A program made the position numbers and the translations under genes. Under the pieces are notes generated by a model. The model ran no database searches and had not been told where the DNA came from. It was given only the letters and a program-made list of their open reading frames with translations. This document shows positions 6,608-10,338 of a DNA stretch of 10,338 bases, one piece after another; within the stretch, counting starts at the first letter, position 1, and the number at the start of each line of letters is the position of its first letter. This DNA comes from a virus. Its lineage: Duplodnaviria; Heunggongvirae; Uroviricota; Caudoviricetes. Where the stretch lies: positions 1-10,338 of the IMG/VR virus record IMGVR_UViG_2534681772_000012. One strand, given 5' to 3'.

Positions 6608-6850
6608 ATGGCTACTCATTACACTGAACTCATGTCTGGCACTGAAGCACTGGTTACTACGCTGGGGATATTTTCAGCCAATAAAGGGGTAATACCTGCG
6701 TTTACGCCACTGATGCAGGAAGATGCAACTGGTGCGCTAGTGGTATGGGATGGAACGAGCGCAGGCAAAGCGGTTTATGTTTCCGCTGTACAAATCGACA
6801 CTGAACCGCCCCGGGAATCCTGGAGACTAAACTCCCTGAGAAAGAGGTAA
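6608..6850 (+). pseudogene. Lambda gpD-like head decoration protein gene, 3'-truncated by IS629-like insertion
   Basis: RBS AGGGGGAG; TPLMQEDATGALVVWDGTSAGKAVYVSAV matches the lambda gpD region [29 protein letters not shown]. Homology ends at 6801, where the IS inverted repeat begins; the last ~16 codons of the ORF are IS-derived. Confidence 0.7.
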
Positions 6851-6855
6851 ACAGG

Positions 6856-7182
6856 ATGACTAAAAATACTCGTTTTTCCCCCGAAGTCCGTCAGAGGGCG
6901 ATTCGTATGGTTCTGGAAAGTCAGGGCGAATATGACTCACAGTGGGCGGCAATTTGTTCCATTGCCCCAAAGATTGACTGTACACCGGAGACTCTGCGTG
7001 TCTGGGTACGCCAGCATGAGCGGGATACCGGAGGCGGTGATGGCGGGCTCACCACCGCTGAACGTCAGCGTCTGAAAGAGCTGGAACGTGAAAATCGTGA
7101 ACTGCGCCGCAGTAACGATATCCTTCGCCAGGCTTCCGCTTATTTTGCGAAGGCGGAGTTCGACCGCCTCTGGAAAAAGTGA
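6856..7182 (+). CDS. IS3-family transposase OrfA (HTH/leucine-zipper part), IS629-like
   Basis: 108 aa, [30 protein letters not shown]...[36 protein letters not shown]; ends at the frameshift window. Confidence 0.9.
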   Translation: MTKNTRFSPEVRQRAIRMVLESQGEYDSQWAAICSIAPKIDCTPETLRVWVRQHERDTGGGDGGLTTAERQRLKELERENRELRRSNDILRQASAYFAKAEFDRLWKK

Positions 7183-8069
7183 TGCCACTGCTGGATAAGC
7201 TGCGTAAGCTGTACGGGGTCGGACCGGTATGCAGTGAACTACATATTGCCCCGTCAACGTATTACCACTGTCAGCAACAGCGACATCATCCTGATAAACG
7301 CAGTGCCCGTGCGCAGCGCGATGACTGGCTGAAGAAAGAGATACTGCGCGTATACGATGGGAATCATCAGGTATACGGTGTGCGTAAAGTCTGGCGTCAG
7401 TTGTTACGGGAAGGAATCAGGGTAGCCAGATGTACAGTGGCGCGCCTCATGGCGGTTATGGGACTTGCCGGTGTTCTCCGGGGTAAAAAGGTCCGCACTA
7501 CCGTCAGCCGGAAAGCCGTTGCCGCAGGCGACCGCGTAAACCGTCAGTTTGTGGCAGAACGTCCTGACCAGTTGTGGGTGGCTGATTTTACTTACGTCAG
7601 CACATGGCAGGGGGTCGTCTATGTGGCGTTCATCATTGATGTGTTTGCCGGATACATCGTGGGGTGGCGGGTCTCATCGTCTATGGAAACGACATTCGTG
7701 CTGGATGCTCTGGAGCAGGCGTTATGGGCCCGTCGACCGTCCGGCACAGTCCATCACAGTGATAAAGGTTCTCAGTATGTATCGCTGGCCTACACACAGC
7801 GGCTTAAGGAAGCCGGATTACTGGCATCAACAGGAAGTACTGGTGACTCGTATGACAACGCGATGGCGGAGAGCATCAATGGCCTTTACAAAGCGGAGGT
7901 AATACACCGTAAGAGCTGGAAAAACCGGACAGAAGTGGAACTGGCCACACTCACGTGGGTGGACTGGTATAACAATCGACGATTGCTGGAAAGGCTGGGC
8001 CATATCCCACCGGCAGAAGCAGAAAAAGCTTATTATGCTTCCATCGGAAACGATGATCTGGCAGCCTGA
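7179..8069 (+). CDS. IS3-family transposase OrfB (DDE catalytic domain), IS629-like; expressed as OrfAB fusion by -1 frameshift
   Basis: 296 aa with DDE-type motifs ([31 protein letters not shown]); overlaps orfA in the -1 frame. Confidence 0.9.
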   Translation: MMPLLDKLRKLYGVGPVCSELHIAPSTYYHCQQQRHHPDKRSARAQRDDWLKKEILRVYDGNHQVYGVRKVWRQLLREGIRVARCTVARLMAVMGLAGVLRGKKVRTTVSRKAVAAGDRVNRQFVAERPDQLWVADFTYVSTWQGVVYVAFIIDVFAGYIVGWRVSSSMETTFVLDALEQALWARRPSGTVHHSDKGSQYVSLAYTQRLKEAGLLASTGSTGDSYDNAMAESINGLYKAEVIHRKSWKNRTEVELATLTWVDWYNNRRLLERLGHIPPAEAEKAYYASIGNDDLAA

Positions 8070-8123
8070 GTTCACAGATAAAACACTCTCCAGGAAACCC
8101 GGGGCGGTTCACAAAGTGTTTTT

Positions 8124-9698
8124 TCATCGCACACCGCCTTTTTCCTGATGAAAGCGGCAACGAGCAATCACGGATTGAATTTCAAATTGTGTGGTTTCAT
8201 GGATTGAAATAAGTGGATTGCGGGCGTTACCAACACTGTCTGAAATGGAAATCAATTCATCGACTTCTTTAACTACACTCTCCAGCACCGCCTGATGGTC
8301 ACCATCAGTAAAGGGGCGGAAATACAGGCAACCGTAGCAGCAGCGTACTTCACTGAATGGGCATTTGCCATCATCTCTGGAGCAACCGCCAATCCCATCA
8401 TGCAACTCATCACCGATTATGCCGACCACGCGCTGGTCTTGCCATTTCGTTGAAGAGGTCAGTTCACCAGTCAACATCATAGCCACCATGTTTTGCCATA
8501 CCGGATTGATACCCAATGCTTTGGCTCGAATCAGTGCCAGTGCAGGCGTCGCCAGAATGTAATACTTGGCAACAGTAAGGGAGCTATGTCCCAGAATATG
8601 CGCAATTTCCTCGGCGCTGACCCCTTGCATAGCCAGTGAATGCCCCACGTTGTGGCGCAAGTCGGTCGGGGTAATGGTTGGCAAAGCCGCTTCGCCACGC
8701 TTTACGGCTGCCTGATAATCTGGCGGACTGAAACAGAGGAAGGCCTTGTTAATCGCTCTGGACACATTAAACGGTGCAGAGTTACTAAATTCAAATAGCT
8801 TGCCATCAGGTTTTAGTTGCGCTCGCTCGATATAGTGCCTAATCAACGCGCCGATTTCAGCTGGAATCGCCAAAAACAGACGTTCAGTCGTTACGTGCCG
8901 CTGTTTGGCGTAAGGAAGGAGTAAGCTATATCGTATTAATCCGGTTTCGGAGTTTCGGGTATCAATACGTAAATCTTTTACCGCCAGCTTGGCCAGTTGT
9001 ACCGGTCGGGCACCGGTGACATACGTCAGTCCCAGAATTACTGCATCTCGCATGGTGTTCAGACTGTAGTTTTCGCCATACCGAATCGCCACAGCCATTT
9101 CAAACAAGCCTTTACTGATCATGTTTTTTTCGAGGGGATCCAGAACATGATCAATTTCCTGATAGATTCCCCAGTCATGGGAGTGCGGGCGAGGGATGAA
9201 TTCGAGGTCTTCATAATCTTCGAGGGTAAAACCAGGGAATGCTTCGGTACAGAGGATTTTTAGGCCGAAAATGATAAAGTAGAAATATTGAGGTTTAATT
9301 TCCTGAGTTTCGAGGTAATCTTTCAACACCGTAAAAGTGAAAGCAGATTTGCTTATGCAATGATCAGTTGCCAAAGACCACGCATGGAGTACCCCAGGAA
9401 CCTGAGCTGGACACTTGGCAGATGCATAATGGAAGCAAATATATTTGATTAATTGGTTGCTGATTTTATCCTGACGAAAGTGGGCATAGCAGCGGCTTCC
9501 TGAATAATCGAATACCCAACTGTCACTTGTTGAGCTGATATATTTGTCATCAAAATGATCTGCCGATTTAAGATAAATACTAACTGGTATATTAACCTTT
9601 AAAATACTCTCAACAAATACAGGTGTGTAAATGTTGCTGTTCGACGCATTTAACTGTTTATTGATTCGACTCATATGCACTCCATTCATCGCATACAT
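8124..9698 (-). CDS. Tyrosine recombinase / phage-integrase-family protein, large (516-524 aa) with Cys-rich C-terminal region
   Basis: Catalytic-motif pattern in the central part: GARPVQLAKL (Arg box), DLRHNVGHSLAM (H-x-x-R), LGHSSLTVAKYYI (His/Tyr nucleophile box). The best RBS (GGAG) precedes the third in-frame ATG at 9674, so the true start may be 9674. Stop is 12 bp from the IS629 end. Confidence 0.75.
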   Translation of the reverse strand: MYAMNGVHMSRINKQLNASNSNIYTPVFVESILKVNIPVSIYLKSADHFDDKYISSTSDSWVFDYSGSRCYAHFRQDKISNQLIKYICFHYASAKCPAQVPGVLHAWSLATDHCISKSAFTFTVLKDYLETQEIKPQYFYFIIFGLKILCTEAFPGFTLEDYEDLEFIPRPHSHDWGIYQEIDHVLDPLEKNMISKGLFEMAVAIRYGENYSLNTMRDAVILGLTYVTGARPVQLAKLAVKDLRIDTRNSETGLIRYSLLLPYAKQRHVTTERLFLAIPAEIGALIRHYIERAQLKPDGKLFEFSNSAPFNVSRAINKAFLCFSPPDYQAAVKRGEAALPTITPTDLRHNVGHSLAMQGVSAEEIAHILGHSSLTVAKYYILATPALALIRAKALGINPVWQNMVAMMLTGELTSSTKWQDQRVVGIIGDELHDGIGGCSRDDGKCPFSEVRCCYGCLYFRPFTDGDHQAVLESVVKEVDELISISDSVGNARNPLISIHETTQFEIQSVIARCRFHQEKGGVR

Positions 9699-10085
9699 GG
9701 GAAAAGGTTGATTTCAGGGCTTCGTTATCAATCACAATTCGCTGAAGATTGGCCGTATTAGCCTGCTGAGATAGAAATCTTTTAGCGTAAAGATCAGGCA
9801 TATGGCTATTGTGACTCCAACCGCCAAGTAGCCGTAATTCATCCTTGGCTTCATCCATCAATCCAACGATAGAAAAGTCTATGGCTGCCAAGTGTGAGTT
9901 GGCCTTAATTTTTTGAAGTTTATCACGATAAATACGTTGAAGTGTTAAATAAGCCCAAGTATGCCGCGTTATATGAGGCGAGATGCTTTCAATGGCATCA
10001 TAATATTCATCTTTTTTATATTCAGGATACTGCACACTCATAATGTCATCAATACGGGTAAAGATATCATAGACTGCATGGTATG
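9658..10085 (-). pseudogene. C-terminal catalytic fragment of a second tyrosine recombinase, 5'-truncated by IS2
   Basis: PHITRHTWAYLTL (H-x-x-R box) and LLGGWSHNSHMPDLYAKRF (His...Tyr box) present; N-terminal domains absent. The first ~9 codons of track ORF 9658..10113 (MSGDSGGQS) are encoded by the IS2 terminal repeat. Its 3' end overlaps the start of the downstream recombinase. Confidence 0.65.
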
Positions 10086-10338
10086 TAGACTGGCCCCCTG
10101 AATCTCCAGACAACCAATATCACTTAAATAAGTGATAGTCTTAATACTAGTTTTTAGACTAGTCATTGGAGAGCAGATGATTGATGTCTTAGGACCGGAG
10201 AAACGCAGACGGCGTACTACACAGGAAAAGATCGCTATTGTTCAGCAGAGTTTTGAACCGGGAATGACGGTCTCCCTTGTTGCCCGGCAACACGGTGTGG
10301 CAGCCAGCCAGTTATTTCTCTGGCGCAAGCAATACCAG
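10086..10338 (+). mobile_element. IS2 (IS3 family) left end, partial; continues beyond the window
   Basis: TAGACTGGCCCCCTGAATCTCCAGACAACCAATATCACTTAAATAAGTGATAGTC... matches my memory of the IS2 terminal repeat and leader; followed by the IS2 orfA start. Confidence 0.85.
10177..10338 (+). CDS. insC: IS2 transposase OrfA (InsC-like), 5' partial at window edge
   Basis: ATG 10177; translation [54 protein letters not shown]... matches IS2 OrfA as I recall it; ORF open to the window end. Confidence 0.8.

Larger units (their letters stand above)
6802..8111 (+). mobile_element. IS3-family insertion sequence, IS629/IS1203/IS3411-like, complete (1310 bp)
   Basis: Terminal inverted repeats TGAACCGCCCCGGGAATCCTGGAGA... 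(6802-) and ...TCTCCAGGAAACCCGGGGCGGTTCA (-8111); orfA/orfB pair with an A-rich slippery motif (GAAAAAG, 7173-7179) at the orfA/orfB overlap; OrfA sequence recalled as IS629-type. No matching direct repeat at the two flanks. Confidence 0.9.

Noticed and set aside
5861-6692. ORFs 5861..6046 (minus) and 6480..6692 (plus) inside or overlapping the capsid genes
   Set aside because: Embedded in the gpE-like gene, which has strong homology support in its own frame.
6937-8160. ORFs 6937..7257, 7549..7902, 7827..8075, 7951..8160 within the IS629-like element
   Set aside because: They overlap the well-defined orfA/orfB transposase frames of an IS3-family element.
8365-9263. Plus-strand ORFs 8365..8562 and 8997..9263
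   Set aside because: Antisense to the 524-aa tyrosine recombinase, which has clear catalytic motifs.
9658-10113. Full 151-aa minus ORF as an intact small recombinase-like protein
   Set aside because: Its start codon and first ~9 codons are encoded by the IS2 terminal repeat (from 10086), so it is a truncated fragment of a larger recombinase gene, not an intact gene.
1-10338. tRNA or rRNA genes (integration-site tRNA expected near a P4-like or PICI element)
   Set aside because: No cloverleaf-compatible segment with a conserved T-loop (GTTCGAATC-like) or CCA end was noticed; the integration end of the element appears to lie outside the window or to have been deleted.

Overview
Mosaic accessory region of an enterobacterial (E. 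coli/Shigella-like) chromosome, read from sequence and the ORF track only; no searches were run. (1) Positions ~1-6801 look like a phage-satellite-like (PICI/P4-like) module: an AlpA-family regulator, a divergent ribbon-helix-helix-like regulator with a promoter/operator switch, a translationally coupled cassette of small proteins (one Icd-like, three unknown), a RepA-like replication ATPase followed by an iteron origin, a small ORF coupled to a short SSB, and lambda E-like major capsid and D-like decoration genes. (2) An IS629-like IS3-family element (6802-8111) truncates the D-like gene and forms the junction to unrelated DNA. (3) Two tandem, overlapping tyrosine-recombinase genes lie on the minus strand (8124-10085); the upstream one is truncated by (4) an IS2 end with the start of its orfA at the window edge. 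No tRNA, rRNA or CRISPR array was seen. The most interesting candidates are the capsid-gene-carrying satellite module, the unknown cassette with a G10 tract inside one gene, and the recombinase pair. Family names come from remembered motifs and are unverified.
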